Shown piece after piece: positions 49,301-62,716 of a stretch of 64,000 bases of DNA; positions within the stretch are counted from its first letter, which is position 1; each line of letters starts with the position of its first letter. The notes below the pieces were generated by a model. The model ran no database searches and was not told the DNA's origin. It worked only from the letters and a program-made list of their open reading frames with translations. This stretch comes from Setoptus koraiensis. Lineage: Eukaryota > Animalia > Arthropoda. The stretch covers positions 1,426,001 to 1,490,000 of the forward strand of contig CM106586.1 in assembly GCA_048013815.1 (NCBI GenBank). The letters run 5' to 3'. The translations under genes were made by a program, and so were the position numbers.

Positions 49301-52300
49301 AAGCCCATCAAAGCTGATGATCGTGTTGTTCCAACTGTTAATGACGATGGTGTATGCGAGTTGAAAGTCGCAGACGTAAAGCCTAGCGATTCTGGTGAAT
49401 ACAAATGCGTCTTGGAGAATGATACTGGCACTGTTGAATCGACACCACAAAAAATTGACGTAGTACCGTCGAGCACTCAGGACCTAGATAGACCAGAAGT
49501 GGCCACTAAGAAGCCATCGATCCTTGAAGATTTGCCTGCTGGACCCCTAAAATTTGTGGAGGGTAGACCTGGCGAACTTGCTTTAGTTGTCTCTGGAAAT
49601 CCCATTCCAGTTTGGACGAAAGATGGAAAACCAATCAAGGAATCTCCTAGTGTTCACACTGTTGTTGATGGTCCAGTGGTGAAGCTGCAAATCGATGAGT
49701 GCAAGCCATCTGATGCGGGTCAGTATAAATGCTTGTTGAAAAATGACCGTGGACAGATAGAATCGTCTCCGGCTAGGGTTGTCGTTGAATCTAGACCAGA
49801 TGAAGATGTTGAGATGGTCGATCAGACAAAATTGACACCAATGGCACCGACTATCATCAGCACACCAGAAGAAGTTGTTGCTGGTCCTGGTAGTTCACCA
49901 GTGCTAGAAGTGAAGGTTCAAGCGAACCCTAAACCCGAGATTACTTGGTACAAAGACGGTCAAGAATTAACTGAGAGACTTTGTGACAGAGGAAGGGTGG
50001 AGATAAGCGAAGTAGTGATGCCGGATGGTTTGACGACGAAGCAGCTGCTCAAGATAAATAACTTGAAACCTTCTGATGTGGCGATCTATCATATAAAAGC
50101 TGAAAACAGTGAGGGTGAGTGCGAATCAGAGCCAATTAATGTTCGCATAGATCGCAAAATGTCTGCAGCGGATAAACCCGTGGTCACAGGAATTGAAGAA
50201 ACACCTGTTACATCGGATACCGTGAGGGGAGCTGCACCGAGTGAGACTGGTCCCATCGCCCCGGTGGTCCGAAGTGCTCCCAAAGAGATTCTCACACCCA
50301 AGGGTGGTAAACCAATTCTTGAAGTCGCATTCGAGGCCAATCCTAAACCAGAGATAGTCTGGTACAAAGACGGACGCAAAGTTGTCGAGCCCACTGATGG
50401 CCGACTGGCCATCATTGAAGAAGTTAAGCCGAATAACTTAACAATAACGAAACTTGTTATTGACAATGCTCGTCTTGTTGATGTTGGCGAGTATGTCGCG
50501 AAGGCTAAAAACGATCAAGGATCTGCAGAAACTAAACCAATCAAGCTGAAGTTAGATAGAAATCTACCCCAAGAGGAGGTGCCAGTTGCTGAAGGCGAAC
50601 AGGTTCCAAAGGATGGTTCGGGTCCAGAGCGAGCTCCACTTGTCATAGAAGATCTGCCGGATGAGAAACAGACAATTCCTGAGGGCGAAGAACTGGACCT
50701 GAAAGTCAAAGTCGATGGTAATCCTATGCCAAAGGCAGAATGGTTCAAAGATGATAAGCCCATCAAAGCTGATGATCGTGTTGTTCCAACTGTTAATGAC
50801 GATGGTGTATGCGAGTTGAAAGTCGCAGACGTAAAGCCTAGCGATTCTGGTGAATACAAATGCGTCTTGGAGAATGATACTGGCACTGTTGAATCGACAC
50901 CACAAAAAATTGACGTAGTACCGTCGAGCACTCAGGACCTAGATAGACCAGATGTGGCCACTAAGAAGCCATCGATCCTTGAAGATTTGCCTGCTGGACC
51001 CCTAAAATTTGTGGAGGGTAGACCTGGCGAACTTGCTTTAGTTGTCTCTGGAAATCCCGTTCCAGTTTGGACAAAAGATGGAAAACAAATCAAGGAATCT
51101 CCCGGCGTTCGCACTGTTGTTGATGGTCCAGTGGTGAAGCTGCAAATCGATGAGTGCAAGCCATCTGATGCGGGTCAGTATAACTGCTTGTTGAAGAATG
51201 ATTTTGGACAAGTTCAATCGGCCCCCACCAAGGTGCTGGTTCAATCAAAACCGGAGCTACAGTCTGGTGATGATGTCGAGATGGTTGACGCCGATCAAGT
51301 ACTTCTGGCTCCAACCATCATCAGTATACCTGAAGAAGTGGTTACTGGTCTTGGTAGTACACCCACGATGGAAGTGAGTGTTCGAGCAAACCCCAAGCCG
51401 GATATCACCTGGTACAAAGACGGTCAAGAATTAACCGAGCGACTTTGTGACAGAGGAAGGGTAGAGACAAGCGAGGTAGTGATGCCGGATGGTTTGACGA
51501 CGAAGCAGCTGCTCAAGATAAATAACTTGAAACCTTCTGATGTGGCGATCTACCATATAAAAGCTGAAAACAGTGAGGGTGAGTGCGAATCAGAGCCAAT
51601 TAATGTCCGCATTGATCGTAAAATGTCCACTAAAGACAAACCTGTTGTCACTGAGCGTGATCTCTCAGAAGATCTGACCCCACAGTCTGATGGAAGGGAG
51701 CTGTCCGGACCTCGAGCACCCAAGATCCTGCGCAATCCTGACAATGTCACTGTGCCCTCTGGCAATACAGCTGTCTTTACAGCCCAGGTCTCTGGGACGC
51801 CTGTTCCCGTTATTACTTGGTACAAGAGCGGCCGAGTTCTTGATGGGACTACTGATGCGCGATTCATTTTCGAACAAGATGATGATGGTGTTCATAAGCT
51901 GATAATCGATAATGTTGATTCAAGTGATGAGGCTATCTACTCGATGAAAGCCAAGAATGACTTCGGTAGTGCAAAGACTTCGTTAGTCACTCTCACTGTA
52001 GATCAGTCTTCTGACAGTAAGCCTCGTTCAGCTCCTAAAATCACATTAAAACCAAAGAATGTAGTTGGTCGAGAGGGTCATGAGGCGACTATTGAGGTCG
52101 GTATTTCGGGAGTACCAAAGCCCGAAATCATCTGGTTCAGAAATGGACGCCGATTATCCGAATCGCAGTTCGTGGATAAAGCTGGTGATAAAAAGCCAAA
52201 GTTCACGATGGAAACATCGCCAGACGGCACTCTACAGAGGCTTATAATTGCAGATCTGACACCTGAAGACGAAGGAGCCTACAATGTGAAGGCCGAAAAT

Positions 52301-55300
52301 GAATTGGGCTCGGTGGAATCCACTCCGGCTCAGTTGACCGTTCAAAAATCTGGCCAGCTCCAAGATGATGATGGCAAGAAATCACGACCAAAAATTGTTT
52401 TGAAGCAACGAAACATTGTTGCTGGTCCCGGCAGTCGAGTTGCAATGGAGGTCACCGTTACTGGCTCACCCAAACCAAAGATTGTTTGGTATAAGAATGG
52501 TCGCAAAATTGAAAACTCAGCAGATGGTCGCATCAAAATCGAAACCTCCGATAATGGAACGACTCACCAGTTAGTCATTGATAATTTGGAACAAGATGAC
52601 GAGGCGATCTACACAATTACAGCAGAAAATCCTCTTGGAATCGAAAAATCAGAGCCTATCACCTTGAAGATTGATAATTCTTTGCCCGCTAAAGATTTAA
52701 CCAGCGCTAAGTTGACTGATGACGAGAAAGCTAATCGCAGGAAACCTAAATTCACTATCAAACCCAAGAACACCTCAGGCAAGCGTGGTGGTACTGCTGC
52801 TTTTGAGGTTAAAGTTACCGGCGAGCCCAAGCCAATAATTAAATGGTATAAGAATGAAAAGTTGATTATTGTCAATGAAGCTAAAGGGCGCATTCGTCTT
52901 GAGCAAACACCAGATGGAATAACAAAATTGATAATAGAGGATCTATGCGATGATGATGAAGACATTTATCATGTGGTTGCTGAAAATGATATGGGCCGCA
53001 CCGAGAGTTCACCCGTAACTCTAACAATTGAGGAAAGTGAAACGATAGTTGAAGAGGAGACCGTTGGCGACGGACCCTTTGCACCTCGTGTTGTGCAAGA
53101 TTTGCTAGATTTAGAGACTGTGCCTGGGGGAGACGTGACGCTTCGGGTAATAACAAAATCTAAACCTTTAGCTAATAATATTTGCTGGTTTAAAGATAAT
53201 CAACCCATTTTCGAGAACGAGCGCATCATAGCCAACAGTGACGGCGAGACACACACTTTAACTATGAAAGAGACACGAGCAGGGGACTCAGGTAGATATT
53301 CATGCCAGATCTCCAATGTCATAGGCCAGACAACGTCGCGCAACGCTAGTGTAAGAATTCAGCGTCCACTAGATGATCAAACCTACAGACTGGATATTGT
53401 TCAGGACTTGTTTGACATAGATTGTGTTGAAGAAGAGCGTGTTGTTCTTCAAGTTGTCGTTGACGCTTTCCCGAAGCCTACTATTGAATGGTTTAGAGAC
53501 GGTGTTGAGCTAGTAGAAAGTAGAAAATTTTCAATAGACAACGCCCAAGAAGATGGAAGATTGTACACACTGAGCATTGATCAGATAGGACCAATGGATG
53601 CCGGCGTGTATCACTGTAAATTGACCAACGAATTCGGAACTGAAACGTCTCAATTCGCGCGTATAACCGTGACTAGTTTTGACGATCTGACAGCAGCAAC
53701 GCCGGACATCAGCAAGCCTATGACTAGCGCTTTAAGTCCTAAGAAACCTGACAGCGATTCGCAAGGATGTGCGCCCAAGATAACCACCGATTTAAGCGAT
53801 GTCAAAGCCTCCATTGGGGATCGTGTGAAGCTATTTGTTGTATTCGAGGCTTCGCCAAACGCGCAAGTTGAATGGTTCCAAGATGGCGACAGATTGGAGC
53901 CAGGTCGAAATGTTCACATGGTCAACGATGGAACCAAGGCATCATTGACCATTGACTTACTTGATCTACCAGAGGCTGGAGTTTACTATTGCAAGTTGAC
54001 AAACGATCTTGGTACATGCAAATCAGCCAACGCTGTTGTGCAAATCGATGTTGGCTCGCTGAGGCGCCGCTCCACACTGAGCTCCATTCAATCAGGATCC
54101 GGACCAGCAACGCAAACTGGAGCAGCGTTAGACAAGCAGCCCAATCAGCAAACTGGAAAGAAACTCCTCGGAGACAGACCGCGTAGATCCATGGGCGAGG
54201 CAGCTACGACAGATCAGCCAGCCTCTGGTATGGGCTTAGATAAGCAGCCCGTGACAGATAGTATGTTCGCAAAACCACTTGAAGACATAACGGCCAGTGT
54301 CGACGACAAAAATCTCAAATTAATTGTGAGATTTAGTCCAAATCTAGAGGATAAACTAGATACATTGACTATTAAATGGCTACACAATGGCAAACCCGTC
54401 AGCACAAGATCCGGTCTCGATATGATGGCAACCACTGACTCAATCAACAACACAACGTTTGTCAATATACCCTGCGTATCATTGGAATCGGGTGGCACAT
54501 TCGAGTTAGTAGTAACTGACAATAGCTCAGGTGTACAGGAATCAACGCAATGCCAACTAACAGTTAAAGATTGTGCACGCTTCGTGAAAGGTCTTCGTGA
54601 TGGCGGTGCCATCGAGGGTGAACTACTAAAACTACAAGTCTTAGTGGCTGGTCAACCGGAACCAGAAGTACAATGGTTTAAGGACGGTCAGCGTATTGCT
54701 GATGCAAGCGATAATAGTCCAACAAATGACAAATACACTTCATTTAAGAGTGATGATGGAAATCATTATCTTATTATTGACAAGTTCACAAGAGAGGATG
54801 TGGGCGATTATCGCTGCGTGGCCAAAAACAAATCAGGCATGGCCGAAACGCACGGTTTAATAGAATTGGCTGGAAAACCGGCCTTTGCTACCGGTTTGTA
54901 CGATCGATTTGCAGTAGATGGAGATCGAAACATTGAATTGGTCGTCAAGACAGACAAACAACCATGGCAACCAAAAGTTGAATGGTATCACAATGGCATC
55001 AAGATTACGCCGTCTAATCTTAATTTTGTAACAAAGTTGCCCATAGACGACAGCGGACAGCACACTCTAGTGATTAAACAGATCACTGATGCAAATGTGG
55101 GTCAATTTTCATGTGTCGCCTCGAATCAATACGGCGAAGCTCGAACGGAGGCACAAGTGAAAATAATCAAGCCACCTCAAATAGTGAAAGGTTTGGAGGA
55201 TTATGAAGCCGCCGAAGGTGAAGCTGTGCTAATGGTGGTGAAAATACGCACCACAGATACTACAAGTTGTCATGTAAAGTTTTACAAGGACAATGTTGAC

Positions 55301-58300
55301 CTGAGTGACTCTACTGAAGCTCCAGTCAAGATAACTAAAACATCTGATGGTAGATTAGATACCTATAGAATAGAGATTGACAACATTTCGACCGGCATGC
55401 AAGGACACTATAAATGTGTGGCCAAAAACGATGCTGGTCAAGCTATCACACAGTGCTTCTTGAAGGTTAAATCTAAGCCCGCCATCACAAAAGATATCTT
55501 CAACCAGGAGGTGAACCAAAGTGAGACAGTTACATTTGAAGTGGTTTACACGGCCGACCCGAAGCCCAATGTTATCTGGATGAAGGATGGCATTAGATTG
55601 ACCTCGTTTGATCGTATACACATTGACACTGTCGAAGATGCTGGTGTCAGCTATTTAGTTATAAAGGATGTGCAACCGGACGACGCTGGTGTCTACAGTT
55701 GTCGCGTTGCAAACTTTATCGGCACCGTAACATCCTCTCCAGCCCAGTTGAATGTTATCAAGCGAATAGTACAAAAATCAATCACTGGTGATGGCACAGA
55801 TGTAATTTCGCCTAACTCTGATAGAGGTACCTCAACAACATTGGCTAGACCTCAGGAGGGTGTGGAAATATTACCAGATTACAAGTTGCCCCGTTTCACT
55901 AAAAAACTTCAAGACGAAGTTGTTACAACAAGCGAGAAAGTTACTTTCGAGGCTCAAGTCGAGGGTAATCCCAGGCCAGACGTATTTTGGTACAAAGATG
56001 GTAAGCGTATCGAGACGGGATCACGTTATACGATTACTCAAAAAGAAGAGAAAACTGCCACAAATAGTCAGACACTGACCACACATTATTTGACAATTGA
56101 GAGTGTCACTAGAAGAGACGAGGGAAGCTACTCTATATTGGCTAAGAATGTATTGGGTGAAACTAAGAACACGGTCATGCTGATTACACAGGAGCCACAA
56201 GCCCCAATAATATTGCGCCTGCAAGATCAGGAAGCTTTGCCCGGAAGTACCATCAAATTGGAAGCGGAAGTTATTGGACGACCGAAACCGGCTGTCAAAT
56301 GGCTGAAAGATGGCGATGAGATTGAGTTGAACATCTTGAACACTCATCCTGATTCTAATATACATTCGTTGACGCTGAAAAATTTAAATGATCTATATGA
56401 GGGTAAATACACTTTAGAGGCGACGAATATTGCTGGAACAACTCGTAAAGACTCTAATGTGAAACTGTTGGATTTGAGCAAGAAAGAGGTCCGCAGCAAA
56501 GACGATCAAATATTCCAAGAGAAACCTTTTATTAGGCGCGGATTGAAATTTAGCCAAGTGAATCAGGGCAGATCAATAAAGTTCGAAGTGCAAATAGACG
56601 GTCAGTATGACGATTTAATTTGGATGAAGGACGGTGAACAGATCAACTTGAAAAAGATGGATGACGATGGTAATTATATTGTGATAGATGACGTGCCAGC
56701 TAGTGGAGACCTGCAAGAGCCATTGCATGAAGACGATGAGCCGGATTCAGTAGACAGTAGAAAACGTGCACCAAGAATCTTACTAAGACCAAGGAATATC
56801 GTTGCTGGACGCGGTAGTAAAATTGCATTTGAAGTGAAAGTTAGTGGCGAGCCTAGACCCACAATTAAATGGTTCAAGAATGACAAGCTTGTTGAAGTTA
56901 GCGTTGAAGGAAATAAGATTGTTATTGAGGAATACATAGACAAGATCACTGGTTGTGTCACACAATATCTTGTTATAGACGATATTCAAGATTCTGATGT
57001 GGCTCACTACCATGTTGTGGTGGAAAATGAATTGGGCTCAGAAATCAGTCCCGAGGTGCGATTAGAGATAGACGATGAAATGGATGCTTCTGATGACACC
57101 AACGGTGGCACATTGACCTCTGGGCCCGACGTTAAGTCCGACGGTCCTCTCGACGATGGCAAGCGCCGTCCACCAAGAGTGCTATTGAGGCCTAAGAATA
57201 TAAAGGCCACACCGGGCAGCGATGTTCAGTTAGAATGTTTGGTAAGTGGTCATTCTAAGCCAGAGATCAAATGGTATAGGAATGGACGTCGTATAACAAC
57301 TACAGCGGATGGTCGTGTGAGTATTGAAGAGTTTAGCGAATACAAAGGCTATCAAAGATTGGTGATAAAACAATTGGAAGAATCTGATCAAGGCGAATAC
57401 ACAGTGACAGCAGAAAATGATTTCGGTCTAACAACATCGAATGGAGTTGAAATTGCTCTAGACGAAACAACAACCACAACTACAACAACAACAGTAACTG
57501 AAACGATCACCACAACATCACAATTCTTTGAGGAATTTGTTGATGACGGCAGCCAAGAGACCGATGACGGACCAACTAAGAAGAGAAAACCGAACTTCAC
57601 TTTGAGACCTCGCAACAAAACCGCTCCGATTGGTGGTAGTGTTGCCTTCGAAGTCAAGGTGTCAGGTGTACCAAAGCCCGACGTTATTTGGTTCAAGAAT
57701 GGACGCCGTATTCATTTGAGCGCCGATGGCCGGGTCAGAGTGGAAGAATTCTCTGACGGTGGATCCAAGCTGGTCATAGATGATGTCGAAGAAACAGATC
57801 ACGGTGTCTACAGTGCCCAGGCCACCAATCAATGGGGCAGCGAAAGGACTCGCGATGTTCAATTGCGCGTGACCAAACGATCGGAGGAAACCAGCAAGAC
57901 AACAACAAGTTCAACGGAAACAACCAAAACAACCACCAAGACAAAAGTGACAAGGGAGCATTATGTGTTTAGTGAGGAACGCAATGGTTATGTAACCCTC
58001 ACTATAAACGATGCACAATTAGATCATGATGGCGACTACAAACTCATTGTGCGCAATAAATTTGGCGAAGCTTACACTCAAGCACCATTAGTTGTCATAC
58101 CCAAGGTGGAGCCTAGATCAACGCTGAGCGAGGCCCCCAGCGGCCGCGACAGTAGCAGACGTAGCGAGAGTCGTGATCCTCGGGGCAGGACTCCATTCGA
58201 TGATCTAGAAGATTACAATCACGAGCTAGACAGGAATGTTGGAAATTTTGGCTCTGAATCGCGCTATCAATCTGGCGAGGACACATACTTGTTACAATTG

Positions 58301-60364
58301 CGCGACACTGAGTTCCCGTTACGTCTGAGACGTTACCTGAGATTTGGCGCTCGCCAAAGTCCAAGTCTGCGCTCCAATCTAATGGACGCCCATTGGGGAG
58401 CGGGCGCAAGAGTCACCGTGCGCGAGCGTAGAAAATTCACTGAGGTAATGGACGAAGAGATAGATGACGAAAAGAAGGGACTGGACTACAGATTGACACC
58501 GATGCGTTTACAAAAAGAGGTGGGCACTTGCGGTTATGCTGCCGCCCAATTGGAACAATTGCGTGTTGAGGCCGCAGAGAAGGTGAGCAAAAAGAAGGCA
58601 AGTGCAGGTGATGACGATGTTATCGCAAGAATGCCACCATTCTTCAGAGAGAAACTCAAGGATGCCGTGGTGAAAGAGGCCGGCGACGGCCAGCAAGAGA
58701 CTGTGTTCAGTTGCCTGGCCATTGGAGATCCCAAGCCTGAATATACCTGGTTCAGGAATGACATTATTATAACAGGTGAAGATAGCCGTATGCTCATCAA
58801 GGAGGGACCAGCGGGTCAGTCTCAGTTGCACATACGCGACCCTAGGGTATTTGATGCTGGCTGCTTCAAGTGTGTCGCCCGAAACATGCATGGTAGCGTA
58901 ACAACTAGAGCCCGCCTTCGTGTTGCCCAACGACCCAGCCGACCGGAACCGGTTGATATTGTCCAGGTGACCAGCCGCGAGGTGTTCCTGCAATGGAAAC
59001 CGCCCAGAGATGATCAGGGTGCCGATATAATAGGCTACAGGCTTGAGATGAGCCAATCGACGTTAGGTGGCCAAGACAATTGGACTGTTATTGCGGACAA
59101 CATTGGACACGAATTTTATGTTGTCGACGATCTGACACCAGGAACTAGTTACACATTTAGATTGAGTGCTCGTAACAAATTTGGTTGGTCCGACACAAGT
59201 TACTCCAGTTACTTAACAACGCGTCTGGATACCGACTCAAGTGGTGCTCGTTTACAAGTGCCACACGAATTGAAGAGTCGCCAATATGTGCAGGATATGG
59301 GTGACACAGCGGGACTGGGCAATTGCGAGGACCCGTTAGAGCCACGGTTAGATTACAATGTTGAACAGAGTCCCGTCAAGTTGAACGGAGAGAGTGGCCA
59401 AGAAAGCTGGCGAGACGCCTATTTGTTGCAATCGGAGATAGCGCGTGGCCGATTCTCATTGGTAGCCAAAGCGTTTACCAAAGCAGGAACTCCAAGACCC
59501 AGCGAAGATAGCGAATTAGAGCATCAAAGCGAGCAGGTTGTCATCAAGGCAATATTAACGGAAGATTCGCAAGCAGCACAAACAAAGAACGAATTTGATA
59601 TATTGAGATCGTTACGTCATGAGAAAGTTGTCAAGTTATACATGGCTTACAGAGATGACGATATGTTTGTGTTTGTCATGGAGAAATTATCTGGCATTGA
59701 TGTGCTATCATATTTGGCTGGCAAAAGTTATTATAATGAAGATTGTGTAAGCAAAATAATTACACAAGTTATGGACGCATTAGAATATTTACACTTCAGA
59801 GGTATGTGTGTATTAGAGCTACAACCTGACAATGTTGTCATGACTGACGGTAGATCTACATCTATCAAATTGGTTGATTTCTCTAGTGCAAGATTTGTAC
59901 CCAAGAGTGGTGCTAGAGTTCCACGAAGCCAAACACAAAACATTGAATATTGTCCACCCGAGGTGATAGCCGGTCACGAAGTGTCAACGGCTAGCGATAT
60001 TTGGTGCGTCGGTGTTATTACCTATGTGCTATTGAGTGGTTTCAGCCCATTCCAGGGTGCCACGGAAGAGGAGACAATAGAAAATGTTAAACTGGGTAGA
60101 TATAAATATGATCATCTTTATGGTAATTGTACGCCAGAGGTGACAAGATTCCTTATTAATGTTTTCAAGAAACATTCTTCTAAGAGGCCAACAATTGAGC
60201 AGTTATATGAAAACAAATGGCTCATACCAAACGAATTCATGATAAGAAAGAAACAATTGGCAACATTCAGATCAGAGAAGATAGCCATCTTTGCTGAACA
60301 ATTCCATAAAAATAAACGAGCCGGATGCTCAGAGAAATTGCTAAATCTACTCGGATACTCATGA
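43378..60364 (+). CDS. Unc-89: Giant muscle protein, Unc-89/obscurin-like (many Ig domains, FN3, C-terminal kinase-like domain); exons 43378-47553 and 48330-60364 (with assembly gap)
   Basis: Repeated Ig motifs (W.KDG...D.G.Y.C). Linker DTYLLQLRD...VRERRKFTEVMDEEIDDE and PPFFREK-Ig-FN3 are followed by a kinase SEIARGRFS...LRHEK...VMEKLSG...QPDNVVM resembling arthropod Unc-89 kinase 2. Intron CCG|GTGAGT (47554) to GATAG|CGT (48329), phase 0. Confidence 0.85.
48594..48693. other. Assembly gap (100 N placeholder) inside the obscurin exon
   Basis: Exactly 100 N; the frames on either side are offset, so the true length is not 100. Confidence 0.99.
48694..51612 (+). repeat. Two tandem near-identical coding super-repeats (1455 and 1464 bp, four Ig domains each)
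   Basis: AGATCGCAAAATGTCTGCAGCGGA at 48694 and 50149; the third unit start (TGATCGTAAAATGTCC) at 51613 diverges immediately afterwards. Confidence 0.95.
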
Positions 60365-61810
60365 ATGAGATTATAGAACAGCCCAAACAAACCATCAAAT
60401 CAACAATCAAGCACTCAATTAAGCTCAAACATGACAAACACTACAGAAGTTGATGACTAAATAGATCAACTCACTTTTGCTGATTGATGTTGTCGAAGCC
60501 CACATAGGCAACAACAATTGACAATGAGTGACGCGACCAGTCATACCTTTCGAAGAAACCAATTATGTTGTGTATAGTCAGTTATTATGAAATAACGAGG
60601 ATTTCCCTCTTACTTGAAATGGTAATATTAATGGTAATGGAGTGGTACATGTTAGATTTTGTTTGTCTCTTCTTTGAAGAGAAAATACATGCCTCTGTCC
60701 CCCTGTGTTGATATATATATATTTTGTTTGTTGTTATTAGATTATTCATGTTATCATTGGTGATTATTCAATGACGGATTTCCTCCTCCAGATTTACTGT
60801 TATTGAAATTGTAATGCTAGTGTTCATGTAAACACGTAACAACAAGGGAAGGAGAAAGTGTTTTTATACTCATATCTCACCCATTTAATATTATAACAAA
60901 ATGACAAGAAAAAATGCGCTTGATCAATTGATTGAACATTGTAAACTAACAGTTAGTGTCCGTTAGCGGGCAGGTCAACGTCCTCCTCGCCACCCTAGAT
61001 GCCCGGGGTGATGAACCTTATGAAGGATGATGAATAAATATCAATGTACTTGTCATGATACACTTTTGCTTGGTCACATTCTCTTACTCTTTGACCCTCT
61101 TAATACCCTCAAAGCCCAAATAGCGCCAGCATATCCGATCAATTCTTTGATTATACATTTGCATATAGACTTAACAATTGCCGTTGTTTTATTTGCTCCG
61201 CCGACTGTTTGCTTTCATGGTAATCACTTGTTGACTGTTTTTGTTAAACCAACCGGCTTGACGATAGTCGAGGTAAGACTTGTAAAAAAGAGAAAAGCAC
61301 ATGTCGTAATAAATGAAGTCAGACTTACTTACTGTAAGCGTTGATTAATGTTAAAAGAGTAGCTTAAAAATTTATTATTATTACTATGCAATCTTATATT
61401 TTGGGGCTCGTTTTTGGGTCCCATTCTATTTTTTTTAACTAGTTTATCGAATAATCAGGTTTCCCGTTTTGGTGTGTTTTTGTTTAAGCGTCATAGATTT
61501 TTCTCCTCTGGAGATTTGAAAAGCTCACGACAACTGGTATGGCACAATAAAACGGGACTAAAAAATGGGCTTATCCCCCTATATTCAATCCACTGCACTT
61601 CAATCCTCAATCTTATCTTACTGTTATCAACTAATACTAACGAACGTATCATCTGCAAGCACCCCTTTTTTGTCTCCGTGTAGTTGCTTGAGAAGTAACA
61701 GGTACAATTACTACACTCAAGCTACTACGATTGCGTGGTTATATGAGTTCTTGCAGGTTGGTTCGGGTGTATCGAGCCGGCGGTTTGATTTTTTTGGTTT
61801 GTGGTGGAGT

Positions 61811-62716
61811 CTAGACAACATTATAGTCTACTTGGCGCTTGACAAAACTGGCCAATTCGCTGATACCGTAAAAGTGGACTAATGTAGCGGCCGATACAAA
61901 CACATGAAATATCTGATGACTGTGCCACCATATATCACATTTGCCAGGTAAATAACGTTCGGGAATTCGAAAGGCGTAGAGCATTGTACCAGTAAGATAT
62001 AATGCACCCATTGTTAATAACCGATAGAATGAGTGCCGTAGTGCAACCTCTAGAAAGAAGGCATCGTGATTTAATGTTAACCAATGCAGACCGGGTATAA
62101 GACCACTAACGCCAAATAATATAAATACAGATACCCTAATCCAGCGATATTGTTTTAAACTAAATTTGTCTTGCATGAGAATGTTGATGCCAATTAAACC
62201 AAATGTAACGACGCTAAACAAATAGAACGCCTTCAACGTGGGATGCTGATAAAAGCCATAATGAATCCAGGGGACAAATGAGAATGTTATCAATGATATA
62301 ATACCACAATAATCCATTCTGCTGCATATTTTAGAGACATTCTCCGAATGGCAATTGAACGTGTGATATAATGTGGACATTATGTGACAAACAGTGGCAC
62401 TTAATAAAAACAATCCTATAACCCATCTGTCTAATGGTGGCAATATTGAATGATATAATTGAAAGCACAAGTTGGCAAAGTAGAGGCCACCAATTAAATG
62501 TGTCCATATATTTACAGTTTCGTTGTGTAGTTGAAATATAGATCTAGTGCATATTAGAAATGAATAAGTTGGTCTTCTATGGCCACAATGTAGAAATTTA
62601 TTGTCACCTAACCATTCCGGTTGTTCCTTGAATTCGGTAGTTGAGCATTCTGCTTTGGCAAATTCCTTTATTAACTGAAACGCGGTGTGTTTGGTCTTGA
62701 AGGCCAGGCTGTGCAT
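61811..62716 (-). CDS. AdipoR: Adiponectin receptor-like PAQR (7TM), intronless
   Basis: PEWLGDNKFL..GHR, SIFQLHNETVNIWTH, STLYHTFNCHS, MDYCGI, RIPERYLPGKCDIWWHSHQIFH; first ATG at 62716. Confidence 0.92.
   Translation of the reverse strand: MHSLAFKTKHTAFQLIKEFAKAECSTTEFKEQPEWLGDNKFLHCGHRRPTYSFLICTRSIFQLHNETVNIWTHLIGGLYFANLCFQLYHSILPPLDRWVIGLFLLSATVCHIMSTLYHTFNCHSENVSKICSRMDYCGIISLITFSFVPWIHYGFYQHPTLKAFYLFSVVTFGLIGINILMQDKFSLKQYRWIRVSVFILFGVSGLIPGLHWLTLNHDAFFLEVALRHSFYRLLTMGALYLTGTMLYAFRIPERYLPGKCDIWWHSHQIFHVFVSAATLVHFYGISELASFVKRQVDYNVV

Noticed and set aside
45042-60390. Numerous antisense and alternate-frame ORFs within obscurin (for example 46843-47589, 48718-49476, 58508-59056)
   Set aside because: These are shadows of a long coding strand with repetitive codon use, and show no independent motifs.
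60965-61012. HDV-like ribozyme or pseudoknot suggested by TCCTCGC and CGGGCA/TGCCCG pairing
   Set aside because: P3 cannot form around the loop, the strand order does not fit HDV topology, and the pseudoknot would need a zero-length loop.
61008-61100. C/D-box snoRNA (GTGATGA, ATGATGA)
   Set aside because: No suitably placed D box or terminal stem.
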